Assembly: GCA_052426225.1 (NCBI GenBank)
Contig: JBNJNM010000021.1
Location: 1,488,001 to 1,552,000, forward strand
Reading direction: 5' to 3'
Length of the DNA stretch: 64,000 nt
Origin: Zancudomyces culisetae HAW-14-8
Taxonomy: Eukaryota; Fungi; Kickxellomycota
Part shown: positions 48,193 to 60,100 of the stretch, piece after piece
Layout: each line of letters opens with the position of its first letter
How positions within the stretch are numbered: the first letter of the stretch is position 1
Made by a program: the position numbers and the translations under genes
The notes under the pieces: generated by a model
Told to the model about the DNA's origin: nothing
Databases searched by the model: none
What the model saw: only the letters and a program-made list of their open reading frames with translations

Positions 48193-51100
48193 TGTCGGAT
48201 TTATTTTCCGTTTGTCGGTCTTATCCGACTTTACTGCTTTCACTAGTATTATGTTTATTTACTACCAGTAAGCGGTAGGACCTTAGTTCTTTTGTTAATA
48301 TTGTTTTATTATAATAAAGTGTATTCTAAATACTATTCCGAAAATAAGATGCTAAAAACATAGAAGAGAAAAAGCAGTGCTTAAATGCATTTTCCTCGTA
48401 TATACTAATATATTAAAATACTATGAATAATATAAAAACCATCCGAAATTAATTAATATTTGGGAAATGATGATTTACGCATAGTGAAAAACCTCATAGG
48501 TGAAAAGCACTAGGTAAATCATCACATCTCACTCGCTATAACCCGAGTGAGACGCCCATCTGTCGATCTTTGATGCGACAGTTCTCCCCCCCCTTTAAGC
48601 GCGAATTGAAGGGTCGCGAATTTGTTTGAATCTCCTAAGTCGAGTTTGCAGTCGTGGGCCTACATCTGGAATCATGTGCTCGGATTCGCGGTACAGTTTC
48701 AGGCTGTCTCCATTACACAGTTCTCTCCTTCCTGTGTTATCAGTAATTACATAAACCCCTTTGTTTAACTCCCTAGTAATTTGGTATGGTCCTTCCCATG
48801 TTTTGCCTAGCTTTAACTTATCTCCTTCTACTAACCTAAGTACAGTATTACCAATATTAAATTTAAATATCTTTACACTCTTTTTTAGCTTTTTTCATCA
48901 CGCTTTTTTGCTACTAGGTTATGCTGGTGAGCTAATTTTCTAAGTTCGGGTAATTGGTCGTTTATGGCTAAAATACGAGAATTGACTAGCTCTTCTTCGT
49001 TCTCTATCTCGCCATTATATTTCCATGTTGTTGATAACTGTGGTTGAATTCCATATAGTAACTGTGCTGGACTATATTTAGTCGATTTGGATACCAATGT
49101 TCTTATTATCAATAATGATTTCCAAAGAAAGAGATCCCAATTTTTCATGTCAGTCCTACATTGTTTCCGTAAAGTATTCTTAAGTGTCTGGTTTAACCTC
49201 TCTACCTGGCCGTTACTTTGCGGTCGGTAGGAGGTACTCGGAGTGTGTTCAACTCCTAACCAATTGAATACATTAGTGGTAGCCTCACTTACGAAGCCGG
49301 AGCCTCGATCGGTTATTATCTGCTGCGGAATGCCATAATGCTGAATAATATGGTTCATGATGAAGCTGATAATTGTTTCACTGGTGATGTTAGAGACTGC
49401 TGCCGCTACAGGCCATTTTGTGCAATAATCTATTGCAGTCAAAATGTACCTATTGCCACTTTCTGTTACAGGTGAAATAGGACCCACGGCGTCTATGCCG
49501 AAAATTTCGAATGGTCTTGAGCTTATAATCGGTTCCAATTCGTGTTTTCTAGATTTTCCTCCATCATAAAACTGACATGTATTACATGTTTTTACTACCT
49601 TCTCAACAACTTTGAATAACCCTCTTCCACTGTATTTTTCGGTAACTCTTCTCAGTGTACTTCTAATGCCCTCATGACATTCGTCATGTATTTTCCTCAC
49701 CTCTAACTCAACATTAACTTCATGTAATAATTCTTTGTACTGTTGTCCAACTTTCTTATAAAGCTTCCCTCCTTTGACTAAAACTTGTTTGGCTCTATTC
49801 CTTACTTTATTCCTGATTTCCGGTGTTGCATTGTGTGGATACTCTGAGGTGCTGATAAAATGTTTAATTGCTTCGTACCATGCCAAATCAATTGAATAAA
49901 CTTCTAAGGGTTCCTCGTTTGCTACGGTTAAAGGATTACGTGATAAGATATCCGCTGGGTTTGTGCTACCCGCTATGTGTTCCAAGTCGTAATCATAGTT
50001 ACGCAAAATCATGGCCCACCGGGCCAGCCTACCTGTGATTTCTGCGCTGTTGAATAGTTGCATAAGTGATTTGTGATCGGTTCGTATTGTAAACCTGGTT
50101 CCCCAAATGTAGTACTTAAATTTTGTCACAGCCCACACCACTGCAAGTCCTTCGAGGTGTGAGATGGAATAATTCTGTTCGTAAACGTTTGTGGTTCTGC
50201 TGATATATTCGATTGGTCTCTCACCAGTTGCAGTCATTTGTGATAAAATTGCGCCTATACCGTTTTTGCTTGCGTCTGTGGTTATGACAAATGGCTTTGT
50301 CCAGTCCGGATGTATTAGAACAGGTGCTTCCATCAATGCCTGCTTCAAAATATTTAGTGACTCTTGTTTCTCATTGTCCCAACTCCATGCTGTATTTTTT
50401 CTTAATAATGTTGTAAGTGGTTTAGCGATGCTCGCAAAGTTGTTTACAAATTTACGGTAGTAACCTAATAATCCCAATACTGATTGTAATTCTTTAACAT
50501 TAGTTGGTCCTATTATTTTACTTATTGATTCAACTTTACTTTTACTGGTTGAAATTCCCTTGTCACTAATGTGGTGACCTAAATACTCGATTTCCCTTCT
50601 TCCAATATGACACTTGTCTCTATGCAGTTGGATTTTTTGCGTTTTAAATAGGTTAAATACTGTCCTAAGATCTTCTTTGTGCTGTTCTGGAGAGTCAGAA
50701 AACACAACTACATCATCTACAAAAACTATTGCTGACTTCCACAAAACTGGGGACAGGACCTTCTCCATGGTCCTTTGAAACGTTGCCGGGCTGTTGGTTA
50801 AGCCAAACGGCATGACGTTATAATGGAAGCTTCCGTGTCCTGGAATGGAGAACGCTGTCTTCTCTTTATCCTGTTCTCTTAATTTGATCTGCCAAAACCC
50901 ACTCATGGCGTCAAGTGTGCTAAATATTCTAGCACCTGACAACGCCATGAATAGGTCTTCCACCGATGGGAGAGGGTATGCGTCTTTCTTGGTTATAGCA
51001 TTAAGACGTCTGTAGTCTGTACAGATCCTCATCTTCCCGTTTTTCTTCCACACCACCACCAGTGGAGAACACCAATCCGATTGCGATGGTGATATGATTT

Positions 51101-53514
51101 TTTTTTCTTCCATGAGCTTAAGTTCCTTTTTAACTTCCTCTTGCAATGTTTTGGGTATTCTATAAGGTCGGAGCTTGATTGGATTATTATCAGTTAATGT
51201 AATTATATGTTCGGCTACTGTTGTTTGTGTTAGCTCTTGCAGATCACTTACAAAAATATCTTTATATTCTTCCAAAAGATCTGTATACATATTTTTTAAA
51301 ATAATGTCTTCATCTGATTCACTTTGACATTCTTTTAATAAAAAATAGACCTCCGTTTCTTTGTGATTACTTAATTCGACTGGCATAAAAAGATTAAGCA
51401 TTATGTGGATATCCGAATTTCCCAGAGGTAGTATTAACTTTGGAACTGAAAGATCAATTTTTACTTTATATTTTACGAGCCAATCGGTCCCTAAAATAAG
51501 CGCATCGTCATCACGGTTGATAATCAGTAAGTTTATTGGAAAAGTTGTATCTGATATTTTTATAGGTACGTCATGTACAATACCCAGTACCGGATGGCGA
51601 TTGCCGTCTGCTGTGATTATAGACTGAGTACTTTTCTTGTCCGCCTCAATTCCACATTTATTTAATAATTTTAAAGTTCTTATCGAGCATGCAGCTCCTG
51701 TATCGATTACGGCAGCCGCTACTACTCCAAAAATAGTTACTTTAACCTTACAGTTGGTGCTTTGCATGCTGTCAACGACTAACTCGTTAACGTCGGGCCG
51801 CCTTGCCGAAATTCCAAACGTGTAAAACTCGTCGCACATTGCTGGAGAAATATCCAAAAGTTGAGGTAAGGATATTTTGATCTGCATTTTTTTCAACTCT
51901 TCGGCCAGTGAAAACTCGTTTTTACTAGCTGCTCTAATATTTGTGTTGTTATTAGTATCTGCAAGTAAGTTTGTTGGATCACTGGGTTCAATATTTTGCA
52001 ATGAAACTTGTCCTTCTTGGTTATTATTTTTACTACGTTTTCCGCTTTCCCTCTGTGAACTTTCACTCTCACTGCGGCGTTTCTCAAGTGCAATAACTTC
52101 TTCATCAACGTTCCCCGCTTCTTCTACTAACTCCACTATATTCACATTTGGGTTAGTTACCTTTTGGTCCTCGCGGTTGTTTGTACCACCATTTCTTCTT
52201 CTGCACTCATATTTATTATGCCCTCGTATTCCGCAAGATTCACACACAATCTTGTTATACTGTCCTTGTTTCCTATCACGTTCATCTCGCTCCTTGAACC
52301 TACACTCGATTAATTTATCTACGTCTGCATTAATATCTGCACGCTGTGCTGCAAATAATTTCTCCAACCTGCCTAGCAACCTGTCCTCAATCTTGCTTTC
52401 CAATTCTTCTTCTTTTATTTGCGTCTTCTCCATAACTGGCCCTACTGAAATTCCAGTATATCTTTGTGTACTGTCCTTATCGACAACTTTGTTCACTTGT
52501 TTTGTAGTTAAAAGGTTTTTAATCAGAACAAAAGCCTCTTCCCATGTTTTGGGATTGGTACTGTTTATTAGGGTTCTCAGTGATGTGTTAATTGTTCTTA
52601 CAAAATAATTAAGTTTGTAGTCATCATCCTTAATTCCTGCCCTCTCAAATAACTCCTCTAACTCCCATTCAAACTCATCCATGTCCTGGTATTCGTCTAA
52701 CTTCATTCCGTTGAGTTTCTCCCACACTGCATACTTGCTGTCCTCTTCTTTGAACTTGTTTGTAAACATTGTCTTAGTGGTTTCCCAGTTATTGAATTTT
52801 CCTTTGTACTTCCTAAACCAAATGGTCTCCTTGGTTCCTAAGTAAATGCGCATAAACTCCACTTTCTCTGTATCACTCCACCTGTTGTACGATGCTAATA
52901 ACTCGTAGTCTTCAATCCATTCTGTAGCATCCATCATGGATTTGGAATCAAATTTTGGTAACTGCATGATTTCTGGTCTCTTAGAATTGACAAATTCTCG
53001 TAGTGTCTTAGTATTGGTAATACTTTCGACAACTGTGTGCTGGTTAATTAATACTTTATTATTATTTTTTGAATTTTTATTTTCTTTATTAAGATGTTTT
53101 TGGCTGTCCCCGGTCAAGCCCCCACTGTCGAAATTTATTTTCCGTTTGTCGGTCTTATCCGACTTTACTGCTTTCACTAGTATTATGTTTATTTACTACC
53201 AGTAAGCGGTAGGACCTTAGTTCTTTTGTTAATATTGTTTTATTATAATAAAGTGTATACTAAATACTATTCCGAAAATAAGATGCTAAAAACATAGAAG
53301 AGAAAAAGCAGTGCTTAAATGCATTTTCCTCGTATATACTAATATATTAAAATACTATGAATAATATAAAAACCATCCGAAATTAATTAATATTTGGGAA
53401 ATGATGATTTACGCATAGTGAAAAACCTCATAGGTGAAAAGCACTAGGTAAATCATCACATCTCACTCGCTATAACCCGAGTGAGACGCCCATCTGTCGA
53501 TCTTTGATGCGACA
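48193..53514 (-). mobile_element. Full-length Ty3/Gypsy element H
   Basis: Near-identical LTRs 48193-48580 and 53126-53514; PBS 53107-53124 (tRNA-Pro-like); PPT 48581-48596; flanks GTGT/GTG(T). Confidence 0.96.
48595..52967 (-). CDS. gag-pol: Gag-Pol of element H (first ATG 52967; one frameshift at ~48890 in the IN C-terminus)
   Basis: CESCGIRGHNKYEC, IDTGAA, FVDD, TDAS, IN; alternate frame continues to ...MIPDVGPRLQTRLRRFKQIRDPSIRA*. Confidence 0.9.
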
Positions 53515-53517
53515 GTG

Positions 53518-56202
53518 TGTTGTGTGTTGCCATGTTTAAAGTCCCATTTAGTGTTTTTTACACCAAATAACACACGGGACGGGTCATTTTACTTACTTTT
53601 TACTATATGCTGCTAATTATTATACAGTACTTTGGATTTTGCAAAAGAGGACATTTATTTAGTTAAACAAAAATTTCAATTTTATACATTAAAATCTACA
53701 AAAAATCTAACTAAAAATTACAAAACACAACTAACCAATGGAAATGTTTCACCTATTGTAGGCATACAACATGTGTTGTTATATAATACATGTTTAACTT
53801 CCTACTGAGTAATATAATTACCCAGTATTATACAGGACGGGACTTTTATTATTATATATTAGGACTGTTAATAAATTAGGGAGAAAAAGACAATTTATTA
53901 ATTAATTCAAAACTAGACTATTTAATGCTTAAAATAATACTTATTAAATTAACCAATAAAATACAAGGAAATACAGGTATATATTTCCACTATATAACAG
54001 TTTTGTCGTATGAAAAATTGTATATTGTATAAAATATTGAGTGTATTACAGTACGACGAAGCTGTAATCACTATTACTAAATGTTTAAAATTGGTCCAGG
54101 ACCTTCCTAAAATAACTAGTTAACTGTAGTTAAGAATATTTTATTTAGTTATCGTTGGTTTAATAAACGCTAGAAGAAAGAGTATAAAATCCCGAACAAG
54201 GTATTTTTAGACCTTGTCGTCGCTATTTAAGTAGTTTGTAATATAAAGTGCTATAAAATTCTAATAGTAATAAAGTAAACCTTTGTCTGATTGTTGCTGC
54301 ACAAAGGAAAACCACAATGGTGAAAACAGATGTGCAAGCATCTGCAACAATCAGACAATCAGTATGAATAATAGAGATTTACAGTAGATTAACCTACTAT
54401 ACATTATCATCTATATATTCATACGACACAACTGTTGTATGCTTAGTTCTACCCAAGCTAAACTATTGGATGAACAGCATACAGCTTCTCAAACACCGAA
54501 TAACCACCGTTATCTCGGGTGTTCGAGCAAGAAATCTGGGATTTCTTGGGTAATAAATTACCCAAATGTTGGAGAAATATTCAGTTTTAATTGTTTTTTT
54601 TTAAGTTTCTATCATATAAAGTTCTAATAGAATAGCTAGTCAGGTACTAGTATATTACTAGTAACCCCACCACAAGTTTGGTGGTTTTTTCTTTTCATTT
54701 TTAAAAGTTATTCATTAAATAAAATACAAATTAGCTCTAAAATACTTGATTTTACTCTATAAAATTGAAATTTGTGATTTGAGCAAAAACCTACCTAAAA
54801 CCAAAAAAAAACATAGGTAGTGAAGCGTAACACAATTTTCAAAGGGTATCAGAAAGGTATCAGAGTCTAATTTTTGGACCAAAAATAATTGTTTTGCACA
54901 CCAAATTTTAGGAGTTGGGCGTAATTATACCAAGTTTCATCGCATTTATTGAAGTAATAAATACATAAAACTAAATTAAATATAAGCTAAAAAGGTAGGG
55001 TTGACTGGTTAAATAAAGTAAAACTTATTCCAGTAACAATCCCCCTCTATTAGCAGAACTTTTTGTAGGTTTAGATGCGGAAATTTCCTGAGAAATTTTC
55101 TGCAAAATAAAATTACACACAACACTGTTATATAGTGGAATTATATACTCGTATTTCCTTGTATTTCATTGGTTAATTTAATTAGTATTAATTTATGCAT
55201 TAAATAGTCTAGATTTGCATTAATTAATAAATTGTCTTTTTCTCCCACAATAATTATAGACCTAATATATAATAATAAAAGTCCCGTCCTGTATAATACT
55301 GGGTAATTATATTATTCAGTAGGAGCATAAACATGTAATTATACAACAACACACGGTGTCGTAATAATCATAGTTCGTGTAACCATGATCATTAAGTTCA
55401 TCATGTGTCATACCAGTTCGGGTATGACCACTTGATGAAGATGCACCACTACCCCGTAGTGTGATGTGCATAATAGGGTGCTCGGGTGAGCTGTTTCCCC
55501 TATACAATGTCGGTGAGATACTGCTCACGGACATTGGTTCTGGGCTCCTACGGATTTGGAGTTGACGGACACTTTCTGTCAACTCCCCAAGAGTCCGAGG
55601 ACTTAAAACCCCAGTCTCTTGGTCCATGCTACTAGCCGTGCTCAGGCTGGAGCTAGTTTCTGAATCCCTCTTGGATTTACTCTTGGTATAAAAGAAATAG
55701 TTCATGATGTTTGGTTATTTATTATATGTATATACTTTTAAAGTTTGTTTTATTGAGTTTATTAACTATACTATTTAATCCGTAAAGTAGGACATGGATA
55801 AAGTTACCTAATAGACTACTCTATCAATTATATATATGATTAAGAACTTAAATGTTAACCTAGTTTTTCAATATAATAAATTAACTATACACTATTATTA
55901 TGCTGTTAAGTATACTAATAGTTTTGTTTCATAATTGCAGCATACGTGCAATTAAGATTATGTGTGGGAACACATAATCATTAAAATTATTTGATGTTCA
56001 GTATGAAAACATATTTCGTACTAGAATCATCATTATTGAATGGACTCAGCATGTAGAATTTATTTCATGCTGAGTCGAAATTAATTTGAACAAAAATTTA
56101 AACGACAATAAAAATTATAAAAATTGGCATTCCGCAATGAGTGTACAACAAAATTTCTTGTACACTATTCGGATTTGCATTACAATTCGGCTTATTGCGA
56201 CA
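53518..56202. repeat. Stack of six solo LTRs: 53518-53771, 53777-53999, 54004-54428, 54433-55119 (TSD CAAC), 55126-55348 (TSD ACAC), 55357-56202 (TSD ACGG)
   Basis: TG...CA termini, 4-bp TSDs, homology to LTRs in the other stacks. Confidence 0.88.
55357..55705 (-). CDS. LTR-encoded Ser-rich protein; frame runs off the LTR end (incidental stop at 55316)
   Basis: Homolog of 31919-32182; first 23 aa from MDQETG identical. Confidence 0.75.
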
Positions 56203-56205
56203 ACG

Positions 56206-56277
56206 GGGGAATTAGCTCAGTGGTAGAGCGCTCGCTTTGCATGCGAGAGGCCGCGTGTTCGATCCTCGCATTCTCCA
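56206..56277 (+). tRNA. tRNA-Ala(TGC)
   Basis: GGGGAAT/ATTCTCC acceptor with G3:U70; anticodon arm CTCGC-TT-TGC-AT-GCGAG; one T-stem mismatch. Confidence 0.93.
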
Positions 56278-56279
56278 CT

Positions 56280-56352
56280 GCCCGGCTAGCTCAATCGGTA
56301 GAGCGTGAGACTCTTAATCTCAAGGTTGCGGGTTCGACCCCCGCGTTGGGCT
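56280..56352 (+). tRNA. tRNA-Lys(CTT)
   Basis: Canonical GCCCGGC... cloverleaf; anticodon arm TGAGA-CT-CTT-AA-TCTCA; T6 terminator 5 nt downstream. Confidence 0.96.
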
Positions 56353-56407
56353 TATCATTTTTTAAATTTTATTGTATTTTAGATATTTTTAATATCTATT
56401 AATTTTT

Positions 56408-57197
56408 CAGCTAATGTGATGGCTGAGTTTGGTATAGCACTGATTCTGTCAGTTATACTCAGGCCTCGGATCACTTAACTAGTTCTGTTTGCCGTATGAA
56501 GAATGTTTTAAATACTTTATATTATTGATATAATACTAATAAAACACTAAATAAACTATATCAGTAAGGTGCTATTTTCAATTATTAAGTATATAAAAAC
56601 GTATATGTAAAGTATATTCCGCTAAGAAAGGCTAAAGATGTTTATTTTCCTTGTCCGCTTCGCTTTTATTCCCTGATCGTTCAGATATTCAACTTTACTG
56701 TTATAAATATTTAGATATAAATTAACTACAAGTTAATTGGTAGTTATATTATGCTAAGGAATCGCAATTGATTCGCTAGCAAAAAGTATGTAGCCGTTAT
56801 ACTACAATAGTAAAGTATAACGGCAACTTACTTTTTGCTATCGAATCAATTGCTATTTCTTGGCAGAATAAAACCACCAATGAGAGCAAGCTAAATTAAT
56901 AGTACAAACGATCTATGATAGTAGTGAATAACAAAGCGAATAAAACGAGAGCGGACAACGAAAATAGCATCTTTAGCCTTTCTAACAAGAATTTACTTTA
57001 CATGTACGTTTATACATACTTAAAAATAGCAAATAGCACTAGAACTGATATAGTTTACTTATGTTATATTAGTATTATATCAATAATCAAGGTATTTATA
57101 AAATTCTTAATACGGCAAACCGAACTAGTAAAGTGATCCGAGACTTGAGATAACTGTAAAATCAGGGCAATACCAAACCCAGCCATCACATTAGCTG
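56408..57197. mobile_element. ~790-bp foldback/MITE-like imperfect palindrome
   Basis: cagctaatgtgatggctg...cagccatcacattagctg ends; ~395-bp arms meet at a 10-nt loop (56804-56813). Confidence 0.8.
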
Positions 57198-57199
57198 AA

Positions 57200-60100
57200 C
57201 AATGTATCAGATAACTTATAATATCTACAATATATTACAATTGGAGGCATTGCCGAGAAATCTCCGTATATCTCATTTTGAGTGAGCATTGAATGTTTAT
57301 ATAGTAATCAGATTCAATCATAGTAGTACATCAACGTCAAAGTATAATGTTTCAAATGATGGGAAAACCTGTCATATTATAAGCTCAAGGTCCGCTGGAT
57401 CCTAAATAGTGGATCTACAGGTAAAAATTAATAGCTATAGTAAACAAATGGACTGATACTGATGCTATTGTATTGATACAACCTTATTTGGGAAAAAAGG
57501 AATTACAATGGTACAAGAAAAACACTAAAGAGTTTAAAGACTGGGATACTCTTGTTACTAAGTTCACAGAAAAATATTCAAGTAAAGAGATGGATTTTGT
57601 TTACTGGAAAAAAATTCAGATGATTAAGCAGGAAGATTTTAACTCTATCGAAGACTTTGAGTTAGAACTGGAAGATTTATTTGAAAAAGCAGGAGTAAAA
57701 GACGAAACAGTTAAATGGAACTGTTTGATGAACGCGCTCAGTGAGAAGAACAAGCGCAAGGTATTGGAATCAGAACACAAGAAATGGGCAGATACAATTA
57801 AGCTAATTGGAAAGTTGGAAAAGATTAAAGCAGCGGTTAACCGAAACCGCTTTGTGCTAAGCAAAGAGTGAACGAATCCTGGAAAAGATTATATAAAAGA
57901 AAGAATATTTTAATCAGCGAAACAAGACAAGAGAAAAGGCGAAGCAGGCAATGAAGATCATGACATGATGAAGCAGTTTGAAAAGCTAAGTGTAAATGTC
58001 ATGAATAAAGTAGATGAGGCGGTTGATAGGAGACTAAATAATACAAGAGGAAGAACTTACCATGATCGTTTTATACCTACCTGTTACCACTGTAAAAGGA
58101 AAGGACACCGAAGGTATGAATGTAGACATCTAGTTCAAAGAGACACAGAGGAGGATACAAGCAGTGAAAACTCTGATGATTTAAACTGCATTGAAGTCGA
58201 AGATTTGGTTGCGATGAAGTATTTGATGCAGATTGCGTGAATAAAAATAAGCTAACGGTCGGACCCTATAAGAAAAAAGATTATTTAAATAATAATATTA
58301 AAAAATTTGAAGTTAAATTAAAAGAAAATAAAATAAAAAATACAAAAGTTATAAAACCAAAGAAAAAAATTAAAGAAATAGCAATGAGGGAACGACCTAC
58401 CATAAAAAGACGGGAGTTAGCGCCAAAGCTAGTGTGTACACCAAGGAGAAATACACAATCAAGGCAGCGGAAAACACGGACAGCTACTCACTTAAAGAAG
58501 ACTTGGGAACAGTATATCCTAAAATAAGTATGATACAGTTATTGGAAGCGTCACCCACACTTGCAAAAGAGATGGTAAGCCTCTGTAAAAGAGTAGAAGA
58601 TAAGGAAGTAAATGAAATAGGATATAAAGAAACTAAAACTAGTAATTGCAAGGTTACCGTAGAGATATTTGGACAAGAAGTGAAAACCATCCTGGACACA
58701 GGTGCAGCATGTTCAGTCGCTACTCCAGAGTTAATCAAAAGTTGGGGCTTGGATATCAACAGGATGCCAGCCAGATGATAATTTCAGCCGATGGGGGCAA
58801 GCACGCATTGCTAGGAAAAGTATACGATGTACCGGTAAGAATCGGAAGACAGGTATTCAACGCGGACTTAACTATAATGGAAAGATACGATCAATCTTTA
58901 ATATTGGGAACTGACTGGCTAATCAGATCAAGACAAAAATCGACCTAGAATCATCCTGTTAATTATTTCAAACTAGGAACTATAGGTGCACTTACCTTTA
59001 TAAACTTATAAAAATTTTATCCCTGTAAACTATTACGAATCGGAATTATACGCTATATTTAAAGAGAATTATAAGGAGTTAATAATAGTTTAGATGATAC
59101 GGATACTAGAATAATATAGTTAGTTCAACAGTATAAAAAAATGATTGTAAATGAATTGGAAGAATTAAAACAGTCTGATACTACCGAACACAAAATTATA
59201 CTTACCTATGACACCCCTATAATACAACGACCATACCGGATACCACAGGCAAAACAACAGTTAGTGCGTAAGGAACTGGAACTGATGGAACAGCATGAAA
59301 TTATCTCGCCAGCTTCTTCACCATAGTGTTCACCTGTGGTAGTAGTAACAAAGAAAAATGGTAAACTTAGTGTATGTGCAGACTATAGGAAATTAAATAG
59401 TATTACAAAGAAGGATACACACCGCTACCAGTCATTGACGACATTTTTATGGCCTTGTCCGGAGCGACGGTTTTAGCAGCCTGGACGCTATGTCGGGCTT
59501 TTGGCAGATACCTATGTTTAAAGAAGACAGAGATAAGACAGCGTTTGCCATTCCCGGAGGAGGAAGTTATGTATATAATGTAATTCCATTTGGGTTAACC
59601 AATAGCCCGGCTACATTTCAACGAGTAATGGAAGAGGTCTTAAAATATATTCTGTGGTTCTGCGCAATTGTTTTCGTCGACGATATTATTATCTATTCGA
59701 AAAATATGGACCAACATATACAGTGAGTTTCAATAATGTCTCAACATATTGAAAATAATTTTTAAAGTGTAATATCTCGCTCAATAATATCCAGAAATTA
59801 TATGTTTTTTATATTATAAAATGCATATATGTTATATGTTAATTTTAATTAAACTGTAAATTAATTGGATAAAAATTCATTATGAAATTTTAAATTGAAA
59901 AAATTTTAAAAATGAGACAATTTTGGGAATTATCAAAAAAAAAATATAAACTATCATAACTTTATGAATACAAATTTTAAAATTTTAAAACTTTTACATA
60001 TTATAATATATAATATTATTATACTAATCAAAAGCATAATTTTTTAAAAAATGATATCTGAACAACGTAAACTGGATATAAAAAACGCGATACTTGAAGA

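Noticed and set aside
51877-52608. Long antisense ORFs over gag-pol (also 2824-3480)
   Set aside because: Typical shadow frames; not conserved in extent between related elements.
29796-56202. Strict orientation rule for insertions relative to the tRNA
   Set aside because: F is opposite to its tRNA while A, B, G and H are co-oriented, and the ORF-bearing LTR occurs in both orientations.
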